NCBI GenBank assembly: GCA_963664405.1
Contig: OY761158.1
Span: 1,824,001-1,888,000 of the forward strand
Source: Thermoanaerobaculia bacterium
Lineage (GTDB): Bacteria > Acidobacteriota > Thermoanaerobaculia > Multivoradales > Multivoraceae
Length of the DNA: 64,000 nt
Direction of reading: 5' to 3'
Position 1 is the first letter of the stretch. The number at the start of each line of letters is the position of its first letter. Below, piece after piece: positions 1 to 8,949 of the stretch. The translations under genes and the position numbers were made by a program. The notes below the pieces were generated by a model. That model was not told where the DNA came from and did not search any database. It saw only the letters and a program-made list of their open reading frames with translations.

Positions 1-1
1 T

Positions 2-217
2 CGGGAGCGATTCTTCTACGACGGCTCCGCCAACAACCTCGCCGATCGGCTAAGGGACCACTGCCAGGCGGCGTCTGCCGGGGACCTGCTTTCTGCGAGC
101 GACACCACAGCGCTGGCCGCCCGCTTTCACTGGTCCAAGGTGGCGCCGGAGCTCGACCGTGCCCTGGAGTCGAGCACCGCGACTTCGAGAAGCGCCTCGC
201 CTACCCGCCGGTCGTAG
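2..217 (+). CDS. 3' end of a probable GT-B glycosyltransferase (partial, starts before window)
   Basis: Frame 2 is open from the window start: RERFFYDGSANNLADRLRDH...LAARFHWSKVAPELD...TAG at 215-217. The F-x-W-x-x-V-A motif is typical of GT-B C-termini. Confidence 0.5.
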   Translation, partial: RERFFYDGSANNLADRLRDHCQAASAGDLLSASDTTALAARFHWSKVAPELDRALESSTATSRSASPTRRS

Positions 218-680
218 CGGCCACCGGCAGGCGGCCGCTGATCACATAGTCGAGCAAGGCGACCACCTGCTGAGGGTCGCGAGCGACAGCCTGTGCCGCT
301 CCGTCAACCTCCTTGAGTGCATGGTCGAACTCTTCGGGATGCAAAATCACCAGCGACTTACCTAGAGCGGCCGCGTAGCCCGCATCGAAAGCGGCATTCC
401 ACTGCCGGTACTTCTCTCCGAATCGAACCACCACCAGATCGGCATCGGCGATCAGTGAGCGGGTGCGCATGGCGTTGACAGAGGCACCCTTGTGGTCTTT
501 CCAGAAGGAGGAGCCCTCCTCGCCCAAGATCGCGACACCGCAGTCATCGCTAGCCGCGTGGTCGGTTACCGGCGCCGAGAATGAAATCGGCAGTTCGGCT
601 TCGCGCACGCCGTCTTCAATGCGCTGCCGCCAGTCGCTGTGAATCTCTCCCGACAGATAGACCTTCCAGATCTTGCTCAT
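201..680 (-). CDS. YtoQ-family protein (nucleoside 2-deoxyribosyltransferase-like)
   Basis: VYLSGEIHSDWR, YRQWNAAFDAGYAAALGK and HALKEVD motifs; AGGAGG SD upstream. Confidence 0.85.
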   Translation of the reverse strand: MSKIWKVYLSGEIHSDWRQRIEDGVREAELPISFSAPVTDHAASDDCGVAILGEEGSSFWKDHKGASVNAMRTRSLIADADLVVVRFGEKYRQWNAAFDAGYAAALGKSLVILHPEEFDHALKEVDGAAQAVARDPQQVVALLDYVISGRLPVAATTGG

Positions 681-719
681 CTCTCTGATCCTCCTTCACG
701 TCTTCAGTGCACGCGCACC

Positions 720-2282
720 TCAGTGCACGGCGCGATCACGGCCCTCCCAATAGGGGCTACGGAGATCTTTCTTCAAGATCTTGCCGGCGCCACTCAGCGG
801 GAGAGGCTCTTCACGAAGCTCCATACTTCTGGGGCACTTGAAATTTGCGATGAGCCTCCGGCAGTGCTCGACCAGCTCCTCCTGGGTCAGCGACTGGCCC
901 TCCTGGAGCCGCACGATGGCGTGGACACGCTCACCCCACTTCTCATCCGGCACACCGATCACCGCGCACTCGGCTACGGCGGGATGCCCTTGCACCGCAT
1001 TCTCGACCTCGGCAGAGTACACATTCTCGCCGCCACTGATGATCATGTCCTTGACCCGATCGACGATGAAGAGAAAACCCTCCTCGTCCAGGTAGCCGCC
1101 GTCACCGGTGTGGAGCCAACCGTCGCGCAGAGTCTCTGTGGTCTCTTCCTCCATCCGCCAATAGCCGAGCATCACGTTGTCGCCGCGCGCACAGATCTCG
1201 CCCACCGTTCCTCTTGGCACTTCGGCGCCCTCTTCGTTCAGAATCACGATGTCGACGCCGGCCACGGCCTGCCCAGCCGACTTGAGCTTGCCGGCATGAG
1301 GGCCCTCGGTGGTGTGGTACTCAGGACCCAGGATCGTGAGCACGGGAGAAGTCTCGGTCTGCCCGTAGGCCTGGAGAAAAGAGACCTCCGGCATCACTTC
1401 CATCGCACGCTGGATGACCGCTTCCGGCATCGGTGAAGCGCCGTAGAGGAGCTGGCGCAGACTCGATAGATCGAAGCGCTCTATATCAGGGTGATGAACA
1501 ACCATGTTGATCATCGTCGGCACCAGAAGACACGAGGTGATCCGCTCGCTCTCTATCGCCTGAAGCACGGCGGTGGGCTCGAAAGCCGGCAGGATGACAC
1601 TGGCAACGCCGATGGTGGCCGAAGCCATACAGAAGAAACCATCGGCGAGATGGAACATCGGAGCGGCGTGAAGAAAGACATCGTCAGGCCGGAACCCCAT
1701 ATCGGGCTGGGCCTGCAGCGGGTTGAGAGTGAGCCCTCGATGACTCAGCATCACCCCCTTCGAGCGCCCGGTGGTTCCACCGGTGTAGAAGATGCCGGCG
1801 AGGTCGTCACCAGCCCGTATCGAGGCCTCTACCGGCGAGCTCGAGGCGATCAAGTCTTCGTAGCCCGAGAAACCTTCGGGAGCCGGGCCATCGCCGAGGT
1901 AGATCCGCTCCCGCACGGTAGCAAGCTCGCCCTCGATCTCGGCCAGCGCGCCGAGAAAATTGTCGTCGATCATCAATACCGAGCTCTCGGAATCGTTCAG
2001 CCAATGAACGATCTCGGCAGGTGCCAGCCGAGTGTTGACAGGAACGAAAACACCGCCCGACCAGGCGACGCCGAAGTAGAACTCGTAATAACGATCACTA
2101 TTTAGAGCGAGGATCGCAACTCGATCACCCGCGGCCACACCTAACTTCCGCAGTGCGCCGCCGAGGCGCGCCACCCGATCCGCCAACTGGCTCCAAGTCT
2201 GCTCACGCCCTCCCATTCGGGTCGCGACACCCTGCGGTCGAACCTGCTCTGCCCTGCGAATCACCTGACTCAATGACGACAT
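720..2282 (-). CDS. long-chain fatty-acid--CoA ligase (AMP-binding)
   Basis: YTGGTTGRSKG, YGQTE, GWLHTGD, DRVKDMIISGGENVY and GKILK motifs. Start placed at ATG 2282 (GGAGGGA SD). Confidence 0.92.
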   Translation of the reverse strand: MSSLSQVIRRAEQVRPQGVATRMGGREQTWSQLADRVARLGGALRKLGVAAGDRVAILALNSDRYYEFYFGVAWSGGVFVPVNTRLAPAEIVHWLNDSESSVLMIDDNFLGALAEIEGELATVRERIYLGDGPAPEGFSGYEDLIASSSPVEASIRAGDDLAGIFYTGGTTGRSKGVMLSHRGLTLNPLQAQPDMGFRPDDVFLHAAPMFHLADGFFCMASATIGVASVILPAFEPTAVLQAIESERITSCLLVPTMINMVVHHPDIERFDLSSLRQLLYGASPMPEAVIQRAMEVMPEVSFLQAYGQTETSPVLTILGPEYHTTEGPHAGKLKSAGQAVAGVDIVILNEEGAEVPRGTVGEICARGDNVMLGYWRMEEETTETLRDGWLHTGDGGYLDEEGFLFIVDRVKDMIISGGENVYSAEVENAVQGHPAVAECAVIGVPDEKWGERVHAIVRLQEGQSLTQEELVEHCRRLIANFKCPRSMELREEPLPLSGAGKILKKDLRSPYWEGRDRAVH

Positions 2283-2356
2283 TGTCCCTCCATTCCAGCG
2301 AAGAGCCGAGCGTACTACGAGCCAAGAACGTACCCGCGGCTCGACATCGGGCAAGT

Positions 2357-2989
2357 CTATGGCAACCGGATCAATTCACCGCTGGCATCGATGGAGACCT
2401 CGACTTCTTTGGCGACGCGCAACAGCAGCCTGCTCGGGTCCTCGAGACCCCACTCGACATAAGGCACCAAGAAAGTGGTTCGCGCGTGTAACCGACCCGC
2501 CCTGGAGTCGAGGGTCACCGGCAGGGTGAGTGAGTGCTCCTCCCCGTGGATCCGCAGTCGCGCCAGCACCCGGATGACGCCGCCACTCCCCGGCTCGAAG
2601 CTCCCGACCAATCCATCGACAATGAGCACGAGCTCCGGGAAATCATCGCTCTCCAGCACCCGCTGATGCATCTGCTTGTCTCGCCTGGCGTTCCCGGTCT
2701 CGAAAGAACGCGCGTCGACCACCACCTGACCTTCTGCCTCGCCGCGCTCGGTATCGATGCGAAGGCTCCCTCGAAGCGCCTGCGCCGTGCCGTGGACCTT
2801 GTGGAGAGTGGAATCGACCACGAACCTGATCTCGGTGGCGGCGACGTCGAGATCGAAGCTGTAGGTCTGCGCCGCGAGTGAGCTCGGCACCACGAGCGCA
2901 AGAAAAGCAAGGACCCAGCTTCTAGACCAGCGTTTCCAAAGTTCGCGCACATATCTCGGCCCCTTCGGACACGCTGGTCTAGTCTTCAT
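2357..2989 (-). CDS. YceI-family periplasmic lipid/polyisoprenoid-binding protein; signal peptide carries an in-frame MITE remnant
   Basis: IRFVVDSTLHKVHG, SFETGNARRDKQM and LRIHGEEH motifs. Removing the 57-bp insert restores MKTRSWVLAFLALVVPSSLAAQ. Confidence 0.85.
   Translation of the reverse strand: MKTRPACPKGPRYVRELWKRWSRSWVLAFLALVVPSSLAAQTYSFDLDVAATEIRFVVDSTLHKVHGTAQALRGSLRIDTERGEAEGQVVVDARSFETGNARRDKQMHQRVLESDDFPELVLIVDGLVGSFEPGSGGVIRVLARLRIHGEEHSLTLPVTLDSRAGRLHARTTFLVPYVEWGLEDPSRLLLRVAKEVEVSIDASGELIRLP
2922..2982 (-). mobile_element. internally deleted MITE copy (family A), CTAG-flanked, net +57 bp (19 codons) inside yceI
   Basis: CTAGACCAGCGTTTCCAAAGTTCGCGCACATATCTCGGCCCCTTC...ACGCTGGTCTAG; same ends as the copies at 33714, 37951 and 40616. 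Confidence 0.9.
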
Positions 2990-3895
2990 GGAAGCGGTAG
3001 CGCAGCACCGTGCGAATGTTCAAGAGTCCGTCGGTCTCGGAGGAGGTGGCCGGAGGTCGCACCACCTCCAGGGGACTATAGAAAAGCTCGATCCCCAGGC
3101 GCGTCCTCTTCGTCGTAGGAACGGTGATGCCGGCAAGGATCCCCCAGGTGTCGCCGTCGCTACGAAGCAACGTGCGATCGATAACGCCAAAGGTAGCAGC
3201 GTTGACCTGGAACTCCTGGTCGAAGTGATTGATGAAGCCGCCAAAGTGAAGCTCCGACCGCCGCCAAGAGCGCAGCCGATAGCCAGCACCCAAGTACAGG
3301 CCCAGGTGCTCGAGAGTGGCCGTATCGTTGGACCGTGATCGGCAACCAAAGGCGTTCTGCGGAGATCCCGGCGGGAACGAGGCCTCTTCATCTCCGCATG
3401 TGAAGTCGCCCTCGATATCTCCGACTTGGCCATGCGCTCTCAACCCCAGCGACCAACGCTCTCCGTCGACCAGGTTGCGCTCGAGAGCCATAGAGAAGAG
3501 GCTGGGCTTCATCCCCTCTAGCGTCACCGGTGGAAGGTAGCTGGCCTCGAGAGAGAATCGGAAAGGCAGCCCCAGAGTCACCCGCGGCCGCACCAGCACC
3601 GGGAGTTTGTTCAGATCCTCCTCTTTGGTCCCCTCGAAGCCGACCGTTCGTTGCGCAGTGTCGAGATGCGGAATCTGCGTGAGCTCGACTCCGACGTCGA
3701 CGGACCAGGCCTTTCGTACTTCAGGGGGCCCTATCGGCGTCAGTAGGGAGGCCGAATTGAAGTACTTCATAGCCCAGCTCTCCGGCCGATCGAAGTCGAT
3801 ATCTTCGGTCACTTCGATCACCGGCTGAGCCGGCGCCGGCGCAGTGATCACTAGGAGCGACAGAAGGCCGAGACAGAGCCTATTGATGAACAGTG
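2979..3895 (-). pseudogene. exported/outer-membrane-like protein whose N-terminal signal region is split by the IS30 composite; remaining 5' part at 5840-5889
   Basis: The frame continues upstream of GTG 3851 as LFINRLCLGLLSLLVITAPAPAQ to the IS end. Joining across the GTG TSD gives MPTDRRARPVCKGRCPLFINRLCLGLL... The C-terminus has a beta-barrel-like amphipathic pattern (LNIRTVLRYRF). Confidence 0.65.
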
Positions 3896-3973
3896 CTTGG
3901 GTTCAAGGGGTCGTCGCAACGTTGCCTTGGTGAGCAGAGTGTACAAACTCATCGAAGACTTCGGCAGGGGTTC

Positions 3974-4387
3974 TGAGCGGTCACGGTTTCGTGGACACCA
4001 AGTTAAGCCCCATCGGGGCAGTTCCTATTCTGCATCAGTTCGGGTAGTCAGCTTCGGACGAGGCTGTGCGAGGTTCGGGGAGCGCAGCCTCCCTTCGGAT
4101 CCGACCGCCGGTCGCGCGTGAGTTCACGCTGCCCCTTCGAAGGCCTCGGGGCTCAGGAATCCGAGCGTCGAATGCTGGCGTCTCAGGTTGTAGAACACTT
4201 CGAGGTAAGAAACCGCTTCGTCGTGAGCTCGCTGACGAGTCTCGAAGGGTCGGTCCCAGACCTCGGTCTTGAGACTGTCGAAGAAGCTCTCCAAGACCGC
4301 ATTGTCATAACAATTTCCGACGCCGGACATGCTGCAGCGAAACCGCAGCTCAGCCAGCCGATCCTGGTAAGCCTTCGAGGCGTACTG
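3974..4387 (-). pseudogene. IS3-family right-end remnant with transposase C-terminus
   Basis: QYAS..Y...SMSGVGNCYDNAVLESFFDSLKTE...FYNLRRQHSTLGFLSP is an IS3 integrase-core tail; IS3-like end TGAGCGGTCACGGTTTCGTGGACACC at 3974. Confidence 0.85.
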
Positions 4388-4394
4388 CTTGGGT

Positions 4395-5792
4395 TCAAGG
4401 AGTCGTCGCAGCGTTGCCTTGGTGAGCAGAGTGTACAAGCTCATCGAAGACTTCGGCAGGGGTTCTCCAGCCGAGGGTCTTGCGGGGTCGGCCGTTGAGT
4501 GCGAGCGCGACCGCGGCGAGGTCGTCGCAGGAGTATCTGACAAGGTCGGTGCCCTTCGGGAAGTACTGGCGTAGTAGTCCGTTGGTGTTCTCGTTGGTGC
4601 CCCGCTGCCAGGGGCTGTGCGGGTCGCAGAAGTAGATCGCGAGGCCGGTATCGACGCGGAGTTGAGCGTGTTGAGCCATCTCGGCGCCCTGGTCCCAGGT
4701 CAAGGACCGGCGGAGCTGCTCGGGCAGCGTGGTGATTGACACCGCGATCGCGTCACGGACGGCTTCGGCGCCGTGCCCGGCGAGGGCCGGCCCGTTCTTC
4801 ACCCTCGATTCGGTCCCGTGCCCTTCCATGCGGGGCAGGTGCAGCAGCATCGTGAACCGCGTAGTGCGTTCGACGAGGGTCCCGATCGCTGAGCTCTCGA
4901 GCCCGACGATCAGGTCGCCTTCCCAGTGACCCGGCACGGCCCTGTCGCCGGCTTCGGCGGGGCGTTCGCTGATCATGATCTCCGGAGTTACAAATTTCTT
5001 GCCTCTCCCCCGGGTTCGCGCATGCGGCACTCGTAGCGCTCGCCCGGTTCGCAGGCACGCGACGAGCTCGCGTTTGAGGGCTCCTCGACCTTGGATGTAG
5101 AGCGCTTGGTAGATCGCCTCGTGAGAGATCCGCATCGACTCATTATGGGGGAAATCAATCCGAAGCCGGTTCGAGATCTGCTCCGGACTCCAGGATTTCG
5201 CCCAACGCCGATCCTGGCGACGGCCGTGCCGACGGCCGATCCAACGCACATCCGGACCCGGCACCAGCTCCCCGTCAGGCCTTGCGATCACGCCGGCGAG
5301 GCGGTTCTGCACGTACTCACGCAAGGCATCGTTCGCGGCAAGCTTGGAGACCTTCGGACGGCTGGCGCGCCGCTCCGCGTGCCACTGCGCAGTCGTGGCC
5401 CGATAAGTTACGGCACGGCTGCGAGTCGCCGCGTTGCGGCGCAGCTCCCGCAAAATCGTCGACGGTGAACGACCCAGGCGGCGAGCGATCTCACGTACCC
5501 CAACATGCTGAGCGTGAAGGATGGCGATCTCTTCACGCTCGGCGAACGACAGATAACGCCCCGACACCGGAGCCAACGAGATAGGTCGCATTCCACCAGC
5601 TTGCCTGAACCATCTCGACCCGACAGCCGGCGACACCCCAGCCTCTGTTGCGGCGTCCTCGCTGGACGCCCCACGAGCGATCGTCTCCCAGAACCGGATC
5701 CGGTCCTCGCGCCGCGCTGTCGAGGGCCGGCCAGGTGACCGCATCTGGCCACGCATCGCTCGAATCGCACCCTGACACTTGCCAACTCCCAT
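4395..5792 (-). CDS. IS30-family transposase
   Basis: LSFAEREEI, HTH (RSPSTILRELRRN), WSPEQI, GHWEGDL, LTWDQG.EM, PWQRGTNENTNGLLRQYFPKG and LNGRPRKTLGW motifs. Confidence 0.95.
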   Translation of the reverse strand: MGVGKCQGAIRAMRGQMRSPGRPSTARREDRIRFWETIARGASSEDAATEAGVSPAVGSRWFRQAGGMRPISLAPVSGRYLSFAEREEIAILHAQHVGVREIARRLGRSPSTILRELRRNAATRSRAVTYRATTAQWHAERRASRPKVSKLAANDALREYVQNRLAGVIARPDGELVPGPDVRWIGRRHGRRQDRRWAKSWSPEQISNRLRIDFPHNESMRISHEAIYQALYIQGRGALKRELVACLRTGRALRVPHARTRGRGKKFVTPEIMISERPAEAGDRAVPGHWEGDLIVGLESSAIGTLVERTTRFTMLLHLPRMEGHGTESRVKNGPALAGHGAEAVRDAIAVSITTLPEQLRRSLTWDQGAEMAQHAQLRVDTGLAIYFCDPHSPWQRGTNENTNGLLRQYFPKGTDLVRYSCDDLAAVALALNGRPRKTLGWRTPAEVFDELVHSAHQGNAATTP

Positions 5793-5955
5793 CGAAACAC
5801 CTCCATCACGAGATGTTGCGACGACCAGTTGAATCCGCCGTGGACACCTCCCTTTGCATACGGGCCTGGCCCTACGATCGGTCGGCATGTTCAGAGATCG
5901 GCCCTTCATTGGAGCGACCGCTATGCTAGCCTCTCGTGTTCGCAAGGGCTCAATT

Positions 5956-7080
5956 ATGACAGAGGTGGAAAGCTCGACAGGCTCAGACGCCCAGACCGCG
6001 ACCCGGGCGGGCTCCTTGTGTGTGGAGCCGTTCCTGCATCTCCAACCAGGGCGAATCTACAACCCTCTGACCGACCTCGCCGTCGAGCCTCTCGACCCCG
6101 GGTACACCGAGCTGCAAGCCCTCGCCCTCGGCCAAACGAGCGCCGCCGCCTTGCCTGCCGGACTGCGAACGAGTCTGATAGAGACAAAGTGGTTGGTCGA
6201 AGACGGCCCCGAGCTGGCAAGCCGCTTTCTTCTCAAGTACGTATCCCTCGAAGCCCACTCGGTCTGCAATCAAGGGTGCTATTTCTGCCCGGTCTCGATC
6301 GAGCGCAGAGAAGACCACTTCATGCCAATGGAGCTCTACGACGAAATCGCACGCCAGCTCGGGGAGCTGAGAGGGACGATCGAAGGCGTGTCGATGATCA
6401 ACTACAACGAGCCGACCGTCGACAAGCGCTTTCTCGAGCAGGTCGGGGTGCTCAAGGGGTACGGCCTCCCGCCGGCAGTGTTGACCAACGGCACCGGCCT
6501 CACTCCCAAGAGGGTAGATGCGCTCATCGAGATGGGCGGACTGGTTTACCTGTCGGTCAATCTCTCCACCTTGGACCGCGAGCGCTATGCCGCGGATCGC
6601 GAAGGCGATCACCTCGAGCTGGTGCTCTCTAATCTCGACTACATGAAAGATCTGGCCCTTGCCGAGACCATGGAAATCGTCGTTCTCGGGGTCGGCGACG
6701 AGATTCACCGCGACGACTTCACGAAGATCGCCGAACGCTTCGCCGACAGCCGTTTCGTGGTCAAGTTCTATGAGGTCATGAACCGCACGGGAAACGTTCC
6801 TTTGGGCTTGAAGCCGGAGCAGCGAGTCAAGAAGCTCCATGGCTGTGACCAGACCGGCTCCCGGCCTCTTCAGTGGCTCCACATCACTCCGCGAGGCGAG
6901 TGCGTCATCTGCTGTCAGGACTACCACGAGCACTACGTCGTTGGAGATCTGACCAAGCAGTCTCTTATGGAGGTCTTGACCGGGCCTGAGATCGCCAGAA
7001 TGCGCCGCTGGACATACGGCCTCGAAGAGGCTCCCGACGACTTCATCTGCCGCGACTGCATCTACGCTTTGACACGATGA
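5956..7080 (+). CDS. radical SAM protein with C-terminal SPASM/twitch domain
   Basis: CxxxCxxC (CNQGCYFC), NYNEPT, TNGTGL; C-terminal C...CC...C..C cysteines. Confidence 0.88.
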   Translation: MTEVESSTGSDAQTATRAGSLCVEPFLHLQPGRIYNPLTDLAVEPLDPGYTELQALALGQTSAAALPAGLRTSLIETKWLVEDGPELASRFLLKYVSLEAHSVCNQGCYFCPVSIERREDHFMPMELYDEIARQLGELRGTIEGVSMINYNEPTVDKRFLEQVGVLKGYGLPPAVLTNGTGLTPKRVDALIEMGGLVYLSVNLSTLDRERYAADREGDHLELVLSNLDYMKDLALAETMEIVVLGVGDEIHRDDFTKIAERFADSRFVVKFYEVMNRTGNVPLGLKPEQRVKKLHGCDQTGSRPLQWLHITPRGECVICCQDYHEHYVVGDLTKQSLMEVLTGPEIARMRRWTYGLEEAPDDFICRDCIYALTR

Positions 7081-7205
7081 CATCTGGAGCCCTGGTCTCC
7101 TATCTGATCCCTGACGACAGCCGCCCCGAGCTGGGGAATCGGCCCTAGTGGCGCGATCGTTGCTCATCGGCAACACACAAAGGGGCCGATGCTACGATCC
7201 CCCCG

Positions 7206-8525
7206 ATGAGCGCCAGGCAGAGGGAGCGGGGGCTTCACGAGCTCTATCGCGAAGACTCGGAGCTGGCCGACCTCCAGATCTGGGGGCGACGACCTGATCC
7301 GCTAACCCGCCGGGGCTTTCTCAAGGGCTCGGGGATGGCGGCAATGGCGGCCGCACTCGGAGGCGAGATCGTCTTCGCGCCCTACATGCCTGCCGGGTTG
7401 TTGCCTGCGGCGCTCGCCCAGTCGCAGGAGTCACTTCGAATCTCCGGGAAGCACCCCGGGCTGACCGTGCTCAGCGATCGGCCCCTCTCCGTCGAGACGC
7501 CGGCGCATCTTCTCGACGACGAGGTGACACCCGTCGATCGGCTCTTCGTGCGCAACAACGGCGACCCACCGACGAGCACGGATCCCTCTGATTGGCGCCT
7601 ACGCATCGACGGCGAAGCGACCGAGCGCCCGATCGAGATTTCGTTGGCGGAGCTGAAGCGAGACTTTCCGATTCGCGACCTTGCTCTCCAATTGGAATGC
7701 GCTGGGAACGGCCGCAGTGAATACGACCCACCAGCGTCGGGCAATCAGTGGACCACGGGGGCCGTCGGCTGCCCGCGTTGGACCGGTGTTCGCCTCAGCG
7801 ACGTATTGCGCCGTGCCGGTGTGCTCGAAAATGCAGTCTACATCGGCTATTACGGCGCGGACCGGCATTTGAGCGGCGATCCTGAGTTGGTCCCGATCTC
7901 TCGCGGCGTGCCGATGTCAAAGGCCCTCGAAGACGAGACCCTCCTCGCCTGGGCGATCAACGGTGGGGACCTTCCCGCCCTGCACGGCGCTCCTCTCCGC
8001 CTGGTCTGCCCTGGCTGGCCAGGCTCGGCCTCGGGGAAATGGGTCCATCGGATCGCGGTTCGCGACCGGATCCACGACGGGCCCAAAATGACAGGGCAGT
8101 CCTACAGGGTTCCGTGCAATCCGGTCGCACCGGGCGAGAGCGTGGACGATGCCGACATGTGCATCGTAGAGGCCCTGCCGGTCAAATCGCTCATCACCTA
8201 CCCCAGGTCCGGAGCGGTGCACGAACTGGGTAGCGTTGCCGAGGTCCGCGGGCACGCCTGGGCCGGTGACTCGAGCGTAGAGATGCTCGACGTATCGATC
8301 GACTTCGGCCAAACCTGGAAGAGATGCGATCTCCAACCGCCGGCCAACCGCCTCTCCTGGCAGCGCTGGAGAGCCCATGTCGAGTTTCCGAGTCGTGGTT
8401 ACTACGAAGTCTGGGCTCGGGCGACCGACAAGGCGGGTCGTACTCAGCCGATGCTGGTGCCGGGTTGGAATCCGAGGGGCTACCTGAACAACGCGTGCCA
8501 CCGAATCGCAACCAGAGTCGTTTGA
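7206..8525 (+). CDS. Tat-exported sulfite oxidase-family molybdoenzyme (SorA/SoxC-like)
   Basis: TRRGFLK Tat motif, FVRNN, LECAGNGR Mo-ligand Cys, HGAPLRL.PGW.G..SGKW; WNPRGYLNN C-terminus. Confidence 0.9.
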   Translation: MSARQRERGLHELYREDSELADLQIWGRRPDPLTRRGFLKGSGMAAMAAALGGEIVFAPYMPAGLLPAALAQSQESLRISGKHPGLTVLSDRPLSVETPAHLLDDEVTPVDRLFVRNNGDPPTSTDPSDWRLRIDGEATERPIEISLAELKRDFPIRDLALQLECAGNGRSEYDPPASGNQWTTGAVGCPRWTGVRLSDVLRRAGVLENAVYIGYYGADRHLSGDPELVPISRGVPMSKALEDETLLAWAINGGDLPALHGAPLRLVCPGWPGSASGKWVHRIAVRDRIHDGPKMTGQSYRVPCNPVAPGESVDDADMCIVEALPVKSLITYPRSGAVHELGSVAEVRGHAWAGDSSVEMLDVSIDFGQTWKRCDLQPPANRLSWQRWRAHVEFPSRGYYEVWARATDKAGRTQPMLVPGWNPRGYLNNACHRIATRVV

Positions 8526-8908
8526 TGTGTGGAACGAGCGGCCTCTTCAGAATCGCACTGATAGCTGTTCCCGCCCTGGCTGCGGCGACCGCCTTGGCGC
8601 AAAGCGAAAGCACACCGAGGATCGACCGCAGCAGCGGTCTCGCCATCGCGCCCGGCTGGGAGCTGGTCAACGAACGCTGCACAGCATGCCATTCGACGGC
8701 CCTCATCAGGCAGACGCGGGGCGGTCGAGAGGACTGGCTCGGCCTCATCCGCTGGATGCAAGAGACGCAGGAGCTGGAGACTTTCGAAAAGGAAGTCGAG
8801 GACAGGATCCTCGCCTATCTCTCCGCGAGTTACGGTCTCGACGGTCGAAGGGGCCGTCGTCCCCCGCTGGCGCCGCATCTGATGCCCCCGGTCCATACCC
8901 GCCCCTGA
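8525..8908 (+). CDS. monoheme cytochrome c partner (SorB-like)
   Basis: Signal peptide, CTACH heme motif and WLGLIRWMQETQ; ATG overlaps the upstream TGA. Confidence 0.8.
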   Translation: MCGTSGLFRIALIAVPALAAATALAQSESTPRIDRSSGLAIAPGWELVNERCTACHSTALIRQTRGGREDWLGLIRWMQETQELETFEKEVEDRILAYLSASYGLDGRRGRRPPLAPHLMPPVHTRP

Positions 8909-8949
8909 GAACGCGGCCCATTCGAGCTAGTGTCCTGTTAGGAGCCGAA

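Larger units (their letters stand above)
3896..5839 (-). mobile_element. 1944-bp chimeric IS30-family transposon (IS30 + IS3 remnant + second IS30 end), copy 1
   Basis: Ends CTTGGGTTCAAGGGGTCGTCGCAAC and GTTGCGACGACCAGTTGAATCCGCC; 3-bp TSD GTG (3893-3895, 5840-5842); near-identical to 44327-46270. Confidence 0.93.

Noticed and set aside
704-729. 10-bp direct duplication TCAGTGCACG at the ligase stop codon
   Set aside because: Too short to interpret; probably a local slippage scar.
4124-4543. 139-aa ORF (and its twin at 44555-44974) as a real gene
   Set aside because: It is a chimera of an alternative frame of the IS30 end and the IS3 transposase tail; the IS3 N-terminal catalytic residues are missing.
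8527-8949. N-terminal extension of the 935-aa ORF
   Set aside because: It overlaps the cytochrome c gene in another frame; ATG 8950 has an AGGAG SD.
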